A stretch of 64,000 bases of DNA. It comes from Phoronis australis. Its lineage: Eukaryota > Animalia > Phoronida. The position numbers were made by a program, and so were the translations under genes. The DNA lies in NCBI GenBank assembly GCA_002633005.1, contig NMRA01000090.1, positions 571,986-635,985 on the forward strand, in the 5' to 3' direction. Below, piece after piece: positions 1 to 12,350 of the stretch. The notes under the pieces are model-generated. The model did no database searches and was not told where the DNA came from. It was given only the letters and a program-made list of their open reading frames with translations. Position 1 is the first letter of the stretch, and the number at the start of each line of letters is the position of its first letter.

Positions 1-2770
1 CGATTATATAATTGTCCAAATCTCGTGTGAAAAAGGCGACATACCGCTCATGGGATGGATGTTATAACAGTTGCTGCTAGCAGTAATCGCTTAAAGAATC
101 ATTATGCGAATTTGAAGATGTGTCCCTGATGAGAAGGCCATGATTGAGGTTGACTTTTGGACGGGAATGACTACTGTTTATTTCGTCTGCGGTGAATCTG
201 CTTAAAGCTAAGCGTACATCGACAAGGCAGACTCGGCACATGTCAATTTCTAACCACGCGTACACAGGTAATTTAGCGATTGTGAGAAACTAGGCAGTCT
301 CATCAGTCACGTTTGTGCACTCATCGAAAGGGACTGGCAGTGAATGAGTTGCAACCATTGAAGAGTAGGCTAGGAGGCATTTGTAATCACGTGACAAGCA
401 TACAAAAATGTGAGTATTTGCCACTTAGATATTTGGGTAGTAATATACTTTCCATCAATATTCCTTTTTATGCAATTGACCGTCCAGTTTTCTTTTAATA
501 CAGTCCTTAAAGTCCTTATCTCAAAGGGCATTCTAGTTCAAAAACTTAGAAATATATACCAATAATTAAGTAATATGTAACATAGCATAATGTTCAATCC
601 TTTCTGTTATCAAACTAAAAGCCTTTTTAGCACAGTTTTGTACCTCTGCCGAAATCGAAAAATCATCGACTATTCCTGTCTATTTCCGTGACCTGAATTC
701 CTGTGTGTCAGTTCAGGAACGATTCCTGAATACACCATGTTGTCCTTTGAAAACGTATTGATATCACCGTGAGCGTAAATGCGTTGTTACTTTGTTTGGT
801 TGTTTTCAATTCCCATTTTTAGTTCTTTTTACACTAACTTGATTATTTATTGTCCTAACTTTACCTGGTCTTTACATATGACAAATGGTATTTAATGCAT
901 AATCGTAAGTTTGAAGTACCTTCGCAAAGTCTTCCGCGTAGCCAACGCTCGGCTACTTAGGTCAGCCCTGACTCATCGCGAGGGTAGGATACGTCAAATT
1001 TCAGCAACATTACCTCTTTAGGCAATAAATTAGAGGAAAAAAATCTTCATGTCTTATCTTCATAGCCATATCAAGAAATTGATGCAAAGTACCAGCCTGA
1101 AGTGAGCAATTGTCGTGTCACGGTGACTACCCGGACGTGTGAGCGCAGGGCGTAATTGCAGGGCAGCAAATCGGTACCGGCTTTACTGGCCGTTTTAAAG
1201 TGTAAAATAGAAAAAAGACATCCACATACGGCGATGTGTCGACAAACAAGTTTCATCTCAAAACTGACAGTGTGACGGTGCTCCACATCTGTGCTTGATT
1301 TTGCTGCCAGGACACAGTCACGGCGACTGCAGGCCTTGGAATTACAACGCCGGGAAAATATCACTTGCTAAACTTGCTTTGAAGTTCAACTATCAGGTAC
1401 AATATATTTTTCAAACCTCACAAAAACAAACTTGCATGTACCTGATTATAAAAATTCCGCGCCGTAAACCGGACTGGCGGGGGGAGTGTAGTGGATTTTA
1501 ATCAATGAGCTGAATGTCGGCGATGGGAAAATATTGGAGTATTAGGAGCATGACGCAGTCTTTTTTAATCTCTTTGTCACAGGAATTTCTCTTATTCAGG
1601 GCCGGGTAGCTAATTAATGTCTTCATCTTGCCTCGCGGAGCACAGATGTTCGACCACACACTGCATGCCAGGCGGCTAGCAGCGTATACGAATGTTTCTG
1701 GCTAAGTGGGAATATTCCTTTTAATTATATTATACCATTTGGCACCATAGCAATTTTTGTATCTGAAATTATTTCGCCGCCAAAGGGTATTCTCTTGGCG
1801 GTCAGCCGCCCGGCTGTAGGCGAAGTCGCGTCTAAGTTGATTTTTCGCAAGTTTAACTGTCAGGATAGTCTAACTGTATAGCAATTTTTATTCAATAATT
1901 TGATGTTGCATGTTCGTTGTTCTGTTTATGCTGCTTGTTTACCAGAGGTAGTTAAACCTAGTAAAACACGCTTAGCCTAGTCCGCCATAGTTGCCCCGTT
2001 GTTATTCAATCGTTGCCACAGGACTGTGACTAGTCAGTAATTTTATACAAGTGTCGGAAACTATCGTTGTATGTATACGGCATGTATCTTTGTTTGTATA
2101 CGGCATTCATGTTTGAACAATTTATTCCGATAAAACAGCAGGGGACGACATGCCTTCGTCTTTTGTCAGTGGAGTGGTCTCCATCGGTTTGCATGCCGTG
2201 GGTCATCTGCTACGCGTCCCAGTCCAGCAAAACAATTTCTGTTAAAATTAATTTTGCCCCATTTTGTCACCATTGTCAGTACAAAGTGTCCCTACTTTGG
2301 TTTTATTTGAGTTAAGTTCCGCTGTCGATTACTTTATCCGCGTTTGTAGGCTGGTAACAGACACTGCTCCAGTCGCACAGACGGCGTATACTAAGCCTGT
2401 GTTCCTGAATGAATTGTACTTCCGGGTTCGCGGTTAGTTCAAAATGGCGATTTGATGTTCGGGTCGAAATCGTGAGTGACGCGTTTATTTAAACTTTCTT
2501 TGACTACGGATTGTGTATTGGTTATGAGTTAGGTACTGTGTGGGTCCTTATAATATCTTCTAAGCATTCAATAAGTGTTGAAAACGTGTGCTTCTAGAAC
2601 TTAACGATCAAATTTTTAGTAAATACATTTCAACGAGAGCATCGTCCGCAGAATCGGTCCAAGCCATAGACATGTCTATGGTGCAGGCATTCGCCATTTT
2701 GTCGTATTTTAGTGTAAAATTAAGTCCGTCACATAGTCGCTAAAAGGTCACCACCACTGAGTTGTAGTGA

Positions 2771-2992
2771 GGCGTACATCGGGGTAGATCAGCGAAACTG
2801 AGTGGAACCACTTGCGAGAAAGTAGAACAAGTGAAACTGACGACAACCGGGCGATCAGTTGTACGCCATCAGTGGTAAGAAGACGCACATCGGCCAAACT
2901 TGCAAACCGTTCAGTTTCCGTCAGTTGCTCTCAGTTGTCGCTAACTTGTTTACAACTGGTTGTGTCCAGTTTTATAAGGCCGATGTACGCTA
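2771..2992. repeat. Short palindromic MITE-like element
   Basis: GCGTACATCGG at ~2772 and CCGATGTACGC at ~2980 are inverted. Internal inverted motifs are also present (GAAACTGA/TCAGTTTC, GACAAC/GTTGTC). Confidence 0.5.
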
Positions 2993-2994
2993 GG

Positions 2995-4110
2995 CTTAAC
3001 CCTTTGAAGGAGCTTTGGGAAATTTGAAAGGTGTATTCCTAATGAGTCGTCGACAAACTGTAACTAGTATCGAACTGATCCAAATACCACCGTGCTCGTT
3101 AGTGGAAAAGTTTTTTTAACGTTTGCCTCTGTATCTTCGTTGTTCAGTAATGCATGTTCATGAAATTCGACAAATAAATTTCTATCAAGGAGATGACAAC
3201 GATTTCCCGTATTCGGAAAGACTTGATGTTTTCTGCGCCACCTGGAGGCCATTTTTGCGTCCGTTCTCTGGCGTCCAGCTCACTATCTGCCTTTCCAATT
3301 AAATGATCATTATGAGAACTTGCGGATGTGTCCCTGATGGCCATGACCGAAGTTGACTTTTGGACGGGTCTGACTTCTTCGTCGCCCCCTAGTGGTGATG
3401 TTGTTTTTGGTTGCGTCTGCGGCCGAATCTGCTTAACACTTTGAAGGAGCTTTGTGGAATTTGAAAGATGCTGTTCCTATGAATCCGACGACAAATTGTA
3501 ACAAATGTAGAACGAATCCAAATACCACTCTGCCCCTAGGAGCAAAATGTTTTCTTACCGTTAACCTATGTATCTTTGGAGTTCACGGATGTATTTTCAT
3601 GAAATTCGGCAAATAGCTTTCGATTAAGGGGACGACAACTGAACGCCTTCCCGGACGTGTTTTATGTTTTCTGCACCATCTGGTGGTCAATTAAAAATGT
3701 TCGCCACTGTTGTTGATGTATGCCTCTCTATCTGCCAAACCACTCAAAGGACGATTGTAGGAGAGCCCTGTCTGCAATTGATTTTCGGATGTTTTTTACT
3801 ATTCTGGCGCCCCTTTCGGGCAATTTTGCTTTTTTGTGTCTACGGCTGTTTCACTTTAGCCCTTTGAAAGATCTTTGCGAAATTTGGCAGATGGTTTTCT
3901 ATCGAGATGGCAATTGAAGACGATCAGTTTCAAACCAAGCAGACTATAGCTATGCCCCCTAGTGTCAATTGTTTTTTTACATTTGCCTCTATATCTTAAG
4001 AATTCCTTGGCTTATTTTCTTGAAATTTGGCAAATAGTTGTGTTCTACAGAGACGACGACCTTCCCAATTCGGATGGGTTTGACGCATCCTGGGCCATCT
4101 ATTGGCCATT
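2995..4110 (+). repeat. Diverged ~430-bp tandem repeat (about 2.5 units) carrying CTCF-like motifs; a fragment of the same unit lies at ~100-210
   Basis: Units start with C(C/A)CTTTGAA(G/A)GA(G/T)CTTTG..AATTTG at ~2999, ~3437 and ~3860. The segment GATGTGTCCCTGATG..GCCATGA..GTTGACTTTTGGACGGG is shared between ~118-165 and ~3325-3368. Confidence 0.7.
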
Positions 4111-4341
4111 TTTATGATAATAAAAACACCCATATAAGTACTCTCTTTGCGGTGCTATCATTGGCGCATTTCAACGCTCCACGTTGCTTTTGTAAACTGA
4201 GTTTATGTCTCTCAAGGTTTGAGGCATGGATAATAAAGTAATAACTGTGGAAGTCATTAAGTTTTCTTCTTCCGAAAGCAAATAACGTCATAATGAAATG
4301 ACGAAGAAATAATTACACTGAAGGATTATAGTCAGTAAAAA

Positions 4342-4920
4342 ATGACACATCAACGGTACGCAAGCATTTCCAACCTCAGTATTTTCATTGTCGACTACAT
4401 ATTTTACGCCTATGCACTTTCCACTTTAAGCTTAGGTTTTGTGTTGATTCAAAACAAAAGTGACACTGTTGTGCTATCTATGCAAAATAACACTCTCGAA
4501 GTGTCGAAAATCTCCCTGAAGACAAATTTCAACCAGGAAAGAAGACACGATATTAAATTGAACAATGTGCTGTACTTGGATGCCGCGAAGTTTTTGAAGA
4601 ATAATGGCGAACAGGCAGATTACCCATCGCGCACGAAAAGATCAGACTATGAAACAATGCCAAGAAATCCCACGTGGCTCAGAAGACTGCCCATAAAAAC
4701 CAAGAAATGGCTTGCCATTAGCCTAATATTGCTTGTAGCTCTGACCTATTGCCTATGTACCCTTGCTCTCAAAGGTCACTTTAATATAGCTTTATTCCTT
4801 TTTGGTGTAGTGAAGGCTTCTTGGGCGTTTTGTCTATATCGTCGCGAGCAGTTCATTCAGTGTCTTTGTTGCACACAGCCGACTGAGACAAAACCGCTGG
4901 TGCAGACGACTCAATCCTAA
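4342..4920 (+). CDS. Candidate single-exon membrane protein, 192 aa, family not recognised
   Basis: Longest ATG-initiated ORF outside the recognised genes, with AAAATGA start context. It has a hydrophobic N-terminus, N-X-S/T sites, a furin-type RTKR/S site, two hydrophobic segments (WLAISLILLVALTYCLCTLAL, FNIALFLFGVVKASWAFCLY) and a CLCC cluster. Confidence 0.5.
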   Translation: MTHQRYASISNLSIFIVDYIFYAYALSTLSLGFVLIQNKSDTVVLSMQNNTLEVSKISLKTNFNQERRHDIKLNNVLYLDAAKFLKNNGEQADYPSRTKRSDYETMPRNPTWLRRLPIKTKKWLAISLILLVALTYCLCTLALKGHFNIALFLFGVVKASWAFCLYRREQFIQCLCCTQPTETKPLVQTTQS

Positions 4921-6947
4921 CTGGCCGGCCAACTCGCACTTCTCAGAAGAGAATGACTGAAGAAAAGGCTCGTTTCTGTAGGCGTGTTGATGGAAAGATA
5001 AATCTAAGGTGTATGTCGTTTGGCGAGTTGATGTAGGTCGTGTGACGAAAAATAGAGTGCACATTCCGTTTGGCGAATGCTGGACATCATGTTTTAATTG
5101 TTCGCAGCGTACTGATGATTAATGGCACACCAATAAAATCGCATCCTATAGGATCGTGCGAGACAAGAACTGCTAAACAAAACAAATTCTATGTGAAATC
5201 CTCCAGGTGCTGCTATAGGGACCTCTACACTCCTATAGAAGTCCGTACCCTTGAGTGTCCTATAAGATATTTGCGCAACTGAAGGCAGCTGCTTTTGTCA
5301 GAACTGTCCATTGGCTTAAAGAAAGTTGTAACGATGTTGAATACATGAGAGTAACTGCACGAGGCAAAATGAGTGACCACATACTGGTAGCGCAAGCCCA
5401 TATCTGTGACGCAACGTTTAGTTCAAATTACTGGCAACAGTGTTTGTGGCTACATTTTATACATTACGTAACACTGCAAACAGGTGGAAAACGAGCTCGT
5501 TGCTGGTCTCAACTTAAACTTACTTCATTTCATTGCTGCCCGCACACGATCCGGACTAAATGTCTAAGTGACACGTAAACTGTTTTCGTAAATGTAGTCA
5601 GCGGGATAGATTGATGTCAGGTGACATGATCATTTAATCTTTCACTTGTTCCATATGCAATCATCCCTGCACGTGGCTGAATGACTGCGTTCACGAGGAT
5701 TCACCTTCAGTCTCCAAGTTCGGTTGAATGCAACAGACGAGTTATTCGCTTCACCGCTTGGCAAGTCCTCACAGTTCAATAAGAGCAAATTTAAATCTAT
5801 TATTCAACACCTGTCGCCACAAACTATGGAAGTTCCAGTTTTAGCAATCAACGACCCTTCCCAACCCTCCATGACGGTCATTTCTTCTTCAATTTGTGTA
5901 CCTCTAATCAAGGAATAAAAAAATATGTGACGTCATTAATGGATCTGGTCTCCGCCATTGTGTTGTTCTAGACCAGCCGCGAGCCGTAGCGGTCTCGAAT
6001 AGTGAGTTCGACTGAGTATTATTATGAAAAGTTACATGTGGGGAAGACGCTGCGATAGCAATCGGAAACACGGGCAATATTTCAGTTTTTGTGTTTCCAA
6101 TATAAGGTCGCCCAGGAATAGCACAGGTTCGCCCGTCGGACACGGGCTTGACAGTACACGATGAAGCAAGCGTTCAGTTCTTAGGCTACGGTGTGCTCAG
6201 CCCATTTTGAAGAATCATACTTCGATTCGTCGAAAAAAGGAGATGTGATGAAGGTTTCTCTAACGTCAAAAGTTAATGGTGTTGCACATTGCTGGGAACG
6301 GAGTTGTCAGGCACACATTGAGTATGTCCCCTCAGCCTCTAATTTTGGCTGACAAAATGAATGTGATTGCATTAGTTGCCATCGATTCTATTTTTATTCA
6401 AGCCGGCACAAAGGCAGGAGTCGGACACTGGACCGAAATAACCGACCAGTCATAACGGTACAAACTTTCAGAATTTTGGACCATACATGACAGAAACTAT
6501 TATCATTCACCAGAAATAAAATCCACTTAGCATCACTGCAATTAGATATGATTGGCATTCAGTTTGAAGAAATGAAATCATTGTCCGCTAGGCTTTGACA
6601 GTCATGGTAAAAAACGGTTAGATTTACAGATCGAGACACATATTAGTCGGCACTAAAGTCTTTAGAAAATTAAATCACGATCCAATAAAAGGCTTAATTA
6701 CCACTCTGAAATCAAGACTGTCCGCAGAAGACGCCGGTGCTATACTATACACGATCTAAAACCTGAAGAAGTGTAAAAACTGTGGGAACGCTTTAAAGAC
6801 GAATTCCGAATATTGTGATGACTTATCTTATGGCCAGCACAGAGGGAATGCAATGAGCTGAGCTTAGTGCCTCCAGCAAAATTTACCCGATGTCTCTGCT
6901 AACCGCAAACAACGAGTTAAAATGCTCGCACGTATGGAAGCGCATAG

Positions 6948-7140
6948 GTGCCACAACACCCTACAAATAAGTAAACACCCTAAAAATGTCACAACACCCA
7001 CCATATTGACCACTACTAAACCTGTCTACAACATCCCCAGTCACCACAACGACCCAGAATCCATACAACACTTTCCCTAGATTGTGGCAACTCCACTCCT
7101 ACACAATGCACAACACTTCGAAACCCACAACACAACGGAA
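6948..7140 (+). repeat. CA-rich degenerate minisatellite (CACAACAC motif)
   Basis: Recurring CACAACACC/ACAACA motifs at roughly 25-40 bp spacing. Confidence 0.55.
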
Positions 7141-7539
7141 ACAGAAGTCGCTGACTGTACTTTCCATCTCACCAGCATTTTCACGAAAGACGTCGTTCTA
7201 GTCGGTTGGCGACAGTCTTTCACGTATTGCACTTCACTTTCGCAGAATATTTAAAAAACGGGTGCTGAGGCGACATGGTATTGGTTCATATCCAAATAAA
7301 CCGAGGAAAAACGGTTCTTTATCGTTGTTAGTTGAAAGAAGGTAACAGTTAAAGTTATGTTTTATTACATCAAGTAAGTTTTAGCGAAAAATTACAGAAT
7401 ATATGGGAAATAAAATGAATTTTGAAGAGGGGTCGACTCGTGCCGAGGTCGTGGGTATACACTGAACTTAGTGAAACATCTCGTTAACCTTAACTTAAGA
7501 CTAAATTAATTTCCAATTCTTCCGAACGCAACCGAAATA

Positions 7540-7746
7540 AATTTTGACAAACAGACAGGTTGTTTGGTTTATTTTCGACAAACAGACAGGCTACTTAGCG
7601 AACGAACAAGTTAGTTGCGCCGAACAGACAGGTTATTGTCGAACGAACTGGTCACTTCTATCAAACAGACAGGTTAGTCAAGTCGAATGAACATGTTGGT
7701 CTTGCCAAACAGACGAAGTAGTCGAACAGACAGGACAGAGGGCGCT
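7540..7746 (+). repeat. Repeat element with ~20-24 bp subunits (CGAACAGACAGGTT) ending in CAGAGGGCGC
   Basis: About 9 copies of (C/G)AACAGACAGG. The reverse complement of the same family lies at 15915-16200. Confidence 0.7.
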
Positions 7747-10597
7747 GTCCCAACTGTAGAAATAGTTGACGTCACGAAGTCATGAGCCCCGCAATGAGCA
7801 CAAAAATTCCAAAATGTTGGTTTGGTGGTCTGAAGAATTTCTTTCATAGGACTGTTCTCAATTTGTCATCGACCATTCTTAAATAAATTTATGGAATCGT
7901 GATGCGTTTGCTTGTTTAAACCAAGCTGCCAAATGGTAGATTGAACTGCTTCACGACCACGTATGTAAACAGGTATTCAAAGCTTGGTTCGGCCACCAAG
8001 CCAATTAATCGTTATGCCATAATTTGAGGTCAAACCGTTAATATTATGACATGCAATCATGTGTGATCAGGTTTGTTACTTTGTTATTACATATCACTGG
8101 GTTATCCTCATCTTTGACGAAAGTTGAAATTGATGTGGTCCTGTATTCGCCGTACTAACGAAGTTAGTTTTGCATTTACACAACATACTTTTGTTTTAAA
8201 GTTTGAAGAACACTGTTTATGTCACTTTCTTCAATCATGTTTCTCCAAATATCGTTGGAAATGAAACACCTCGGTAGCTTCGGAATTATTTTGAGTTACC
8301 TTTATTTGCTCCAACTGCAAATAGAAAAATGGTTGTGGTACGTACGGTACAACCATTTTTCCTCTTTGCGTCAGTAACACTATGCATTACATACATGTAC
8401 TGAGGGTCACTGTTGTCAAAATTACAACAATCAGGTTCAATGCTGTGGCATTATACTGGCACAGACATTATATTATTTCGTTTCATATGAAATTATCATC
8501 ATCTAACGAGTCTCCTTGTTGACGGTGGGACTGAAATATCTGTCACATGGTTTTCAGCACCTTGCATGATTAATTGCCAACACTTGACATAGTTTATCTG
8601 TATGGATCTCATCTTTCAAATACGATTTCGAGGCCAGACCATTACCCAGAGTTACAAAACTGCGGGGAAGCAAAGATTAGTATTTTTGGGGAAAGGGACC
8701 TCGAAACCGGCTGCTAAAAACTTCTGATAATTTGCCGCGGACAATAAAACACGCCGCCACATAGGCAAGCGACACTTTTGTAATTTTACGGTTAAAGTTC
8801 GTGCTCTTTTGCACTTGAGGAGGTTACGTCAACTTTAACTTTAAAGGGTAAGTGTGCTTTTTCATTTTGGAACGCATTTTTGATTTGGTGCATTGTGATC
8901 CCCTCTTTTGATATCCTCATATATAAGTATAATTCTGAATAAACAAATTAAGTGCAGAATTCAAACTAGTAAGTCAGCATTTATCACGCCCAGTTCAATT
9001 AATATTTATCTGCCATGTTTGATTTATTTTATTTTGTCATTCCTTCTTATATGAGTAGCATTTTCTAAAATGGAAATCATTAATAGTACGTGAAAGCTGC
9101 ACAACTGCAAGACGACAAACCTAGTATTTAAAATGCACTTCAGAAAAAAGGAATTCTTTATTTACGGGCTATGTGAAGTGTATTGTAAGAGCGTCAGGCT
9201 GCAAACCGGGGTGGAAAATTAAAAACCAGTTAACGTCCATTAAAAAAACAGTGATACTCAGCACGACTGAAAGCGAGATTAAGATTACGTAGGATCCGAC
9301 TCAAGTGTCCAAGCTTGGTTAATTTCCTAACATCATATCTCAGGAATGGCTGATCGGATTTATATGAAACTCAAGGCATTATGAAGTTCTCCCAAACGAT
9401 GGTGATTATAGCAGTATAAGGACAATGCCGTATGTTTTGCTTATTATGTCACTCAGTTAGACCATACTGCCGTCACATGTTTGGTTGAACATATGGCGGA
9501 ATGTTTTGTATACAGAGAGTGTAACCTGTGTGAGGAGGTCCGCTTGACCTGAAACGTTATTTTCTTAGCAATTAAAGTTGTCAACAGTCATCATGATTCT
9601 TTCGGCGTTAATTAGGTTCTGTCTTCACGTCAGAATTAAACTTTAAGCCGATTTGTCACGGAAGATAAATACCTCAATAACTCCCTAAAGATCATTTCGT
9701 AAGGGGGCACAGAACAGTTTTCACTGGGGACTTGCCTATCAGAACACACGTCAATGGACTCTCCGGCAACCTTTCGTCAAAAACTGCATGCAAAGAAAGA
9801 AACTTTTTGAGTCATTTCACACCACAAGCCCTACATATAAGCACAGAAACTTTATTCTGTTTTGTATTTTTGACCCTTTCACACCCCACTGAAAACCAAG
9901 TTAGACTAGGAAAAATAAGGGCAAAAACGCAAATTCGGCACTTTTCATCCCAAAACCACCACTTCCCTCCCGATGCTCGATGAAAGCCAACATTAGATTC
10001 CGAAAGAAAATTTCCTACCGTAACCAAAAATGTGGTCTAAAACTACTGTCAATCAACTTGTTTTTCTGCAAATCTGGCTTGTTTGAGGGCTACATGAAAT
10101 CGCGGCCAATTTCTCAGTTGCTACCCAGATATGCAACAGGAGGCCACCATCTTGAAGAACATTGCAGCTACAGCCGAGCAAGTGATCTATTTTCAATCTT
10201 AACATGTTCTCAAATTCAAACAAACCATATTCACTTGATCTACATACAATACCTAACTAAAATCCCCATAGATTTTAGCGGCCTGATTCTAACAGTTCAG
10301 TACCACCTAACCTTCCGTGATGAACCGGCAATTGTCGCCCATCAGTAACTCATCGTATAACTCCTTACCAATTCGCGTGGCACACTATTGACCACTGAGC
10401 TATATTTATCTCATTGGTTATAACAGTACGCATCGGCATTTTGGGGACGATCAGAAGCTGAGGTTCCCTGTGGGCAATATATGTCAGCACCAATGATTAA
10501 ATGATTAACTATAGTGCAACCTGTATTGATCACAAACATAGTTTGCTCTTAAAATATTCCACTTTTACATGTCGGCCTATCAAAAACACGACACCTT

Positions 10598-10840
10598 GTG
10601 GTGTGGTGTCTTAGACACAGGGTTAGATGTGTAGTTAGTGTAGCTAAGTGTAGTTAGTGCTTGCACTTTCTAGCTTTCAGCTTCTACGACCACCTAGTCC
10701 TCTGAGACGAATTAGGAAGGCATGTGTAAGACCCGCCTTGGTGGCCTTTAACTACCTCTAATCAAGACTCTTGCAGTACCTCCTCATGGTACACCATGGT
10801 AACTGGGCACCCTGCGGCCCCAGGCTAAATTTTGCAAGGG
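10598..10840 (+). ncRNA. HDV-like (delta-like) self-cleaving ribozyme fold at the 5' end of a non-LTR retroelement
   Basis: P1 GUGGUGU (10598-604, alternative 10603-609)/ACACCAU (10791-97). P2 CUCUUGCA(GU) (10768-77)/(AU..)UGCAAGGG (10829-40). P3 ACC/GGU with L3 UCCUCAU (10778-90). P1.1 GG (10798-99). P4 CUGGG/CCCAG (10803-23). J4/2 GCUAA with candidate catalytic C10825. Confidence 0.8.
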
Positions 10841-12350
10841 ATCTCGGAAGAGGTTAGGCTCTTAAAGGTGCAACGTGGATGACCCATCGGTGTATGGATA
10901 TGCTCTGGCGTTCACCAAGTCCCAGCTATGGGCATTGGTTGGGCTCAAGACTTACTACCTTGTCCTGTAAAATACTAGCTTTTGTGGCTGAGCGGACGTG
11001 GTGCCTTCAGATGCTCTCCACATCCCTGGCACTCAACGATCAGAAGAACTGCAGAAAGCTTCAGGTGGAGCCGACCCCCCATCAGAGCGTACGAAGTGTC
11101 TATTGGATACCTTACTTTTCCTACGCACTCAACGTTCAGAAGGGCAGGAGACGACGTATTGTCTTCTTGGTCAGGGGTCCGGGAGAGGTCACTCCCGGCT
11201 GCCACATTGTGTCAGTGAACATATCCGTGCGTGGCAGTTTACCCTTATTGGTCAGTTGCCGCCCGCCTTAAGCCTGGCAGCCCCAGGCCAGTAGGGAACT
11301 GACGCGCCGCGGTTAGCCTGCCCCTTTCGGCGTAGGGGGCTTAGAGGTTGTTACAACCTCGACAGGCTTATCGTTACTCCATCGCCTGCTTAAAGACTTA
11401 TTACAAAAGTAAACGTCTATACGGATGCTGGACGGCGCGAATGGGAAAGTGCAGCCGGACAAAACATCCGCCGTGGCGCCAGAAAGCGCGGACCTAGAAA
11501 GAAACACAGAGGTAAAAGAGCAGGCAAACCTGCCCGACAACTCAAGTACGAAAGACTTCAACTCAACCGTCTCAGGATTGGTTACTGTAATATACGTGGC
11601 ATATGTGGCAGCAGGCATATACTGGATAAAATCTCTGCGGACTACGACATTCTCCTGTTCCAAGAAACCAAATTCAAGGACCTAACAAACTTTGAACTCG
11701 AAGGTTTCATTTTTCCTAGAGAGGGCATCACCAATGGTCTAGCGTACGCAATCAACAAAAAGACAGCCACACTATGGTAGTGCTTGTGGATACTCACAGT
11801 TTCACTACCACTGACAGGCAACTACAGATTATAAGTGTCAATGATTCTGGTTTCCGCGTCCCATTCACACTAGTCAATCTGTATATACGGGGAAACTCCT
11901 CCCCTAGTTGCGACCATTAGAATTTTCTTCTCAATCTGCTTCACATCTATCCCGACATTCTCATTGTTGGTGACTTTAATGCTCGTCATTCCAGCTGGGA
12001 TGTCTACGGTGTGAACCGAAATGGTAAAGGTATCGCCGAATGCCTTCCAGAACTATATTTATATATTCTCAACTCTGGTGAACCCACAAGGATGGCTGAG
12101 AGACCGGGTGACAAGGACTCGTGCATTGGCCTTACTCTGAGCAGCGACAATCTTCGCGACCGTGCTGAGTGGCGTAGGAGTTGTCAAGCTGGAAGCGATC
12201 ACTACTTGTGTGAAGTTCAACTACACCACCAATTAAAGGCTCCAGTAACAACTTAAAAACGGCCCTACAAATGCTGGTTTTGAACTGCTCATCATCGCCA
12301 GTGGTTCGCGCTCCAAATTACAGGTTGTCCACAGCGAATAGTGTGGTGTG
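10598..12350 (+). mobile_element. 3'-truncated or internally deleted APE-type non-LTR retrotransposon (possibly I/Ingi-like), with a degraded endonuclease and no RT
   Basis: Translation of ~11460-12250 gives a basic leader RGPRKKHRGKRAG, then APE motifs IGYCNIRG, DILLFQET, LVNLY, ILIVGDFNARHSSW, LNSGEPTR and GSDH, interrupted by stops and frameshifts. A GC-richer structured 5' UTR precedes it. Confidence 0.85.

Noticed and set aside
127-310. Hammerhead ribozyme cores (CTGATGAG at ~127 on + and ~300 on -)
   Set aside because: No correctly placed GAAA or stems II/III
5640-5905. Minus-strand exon-like segment (GTQIEEEMTVMEGWEGSLIAKTG)
   Set aside because: Acceptor-like site but a weak donor, no partner exons and no recognised family
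11062-11085. 2A ribosomal-skip peptide (QVEPTPH) in the retroelement leader
   Set aside because: Does not match DxExNPGP and is not contiguous with the endonuclease frame
10879-11685. Overlapping 76-130 aa ORFs as an ORF1/gag
   Set aside because: No CCHC knuckle or RRM-like motif; expected by chance in a GC-richer structured UTR
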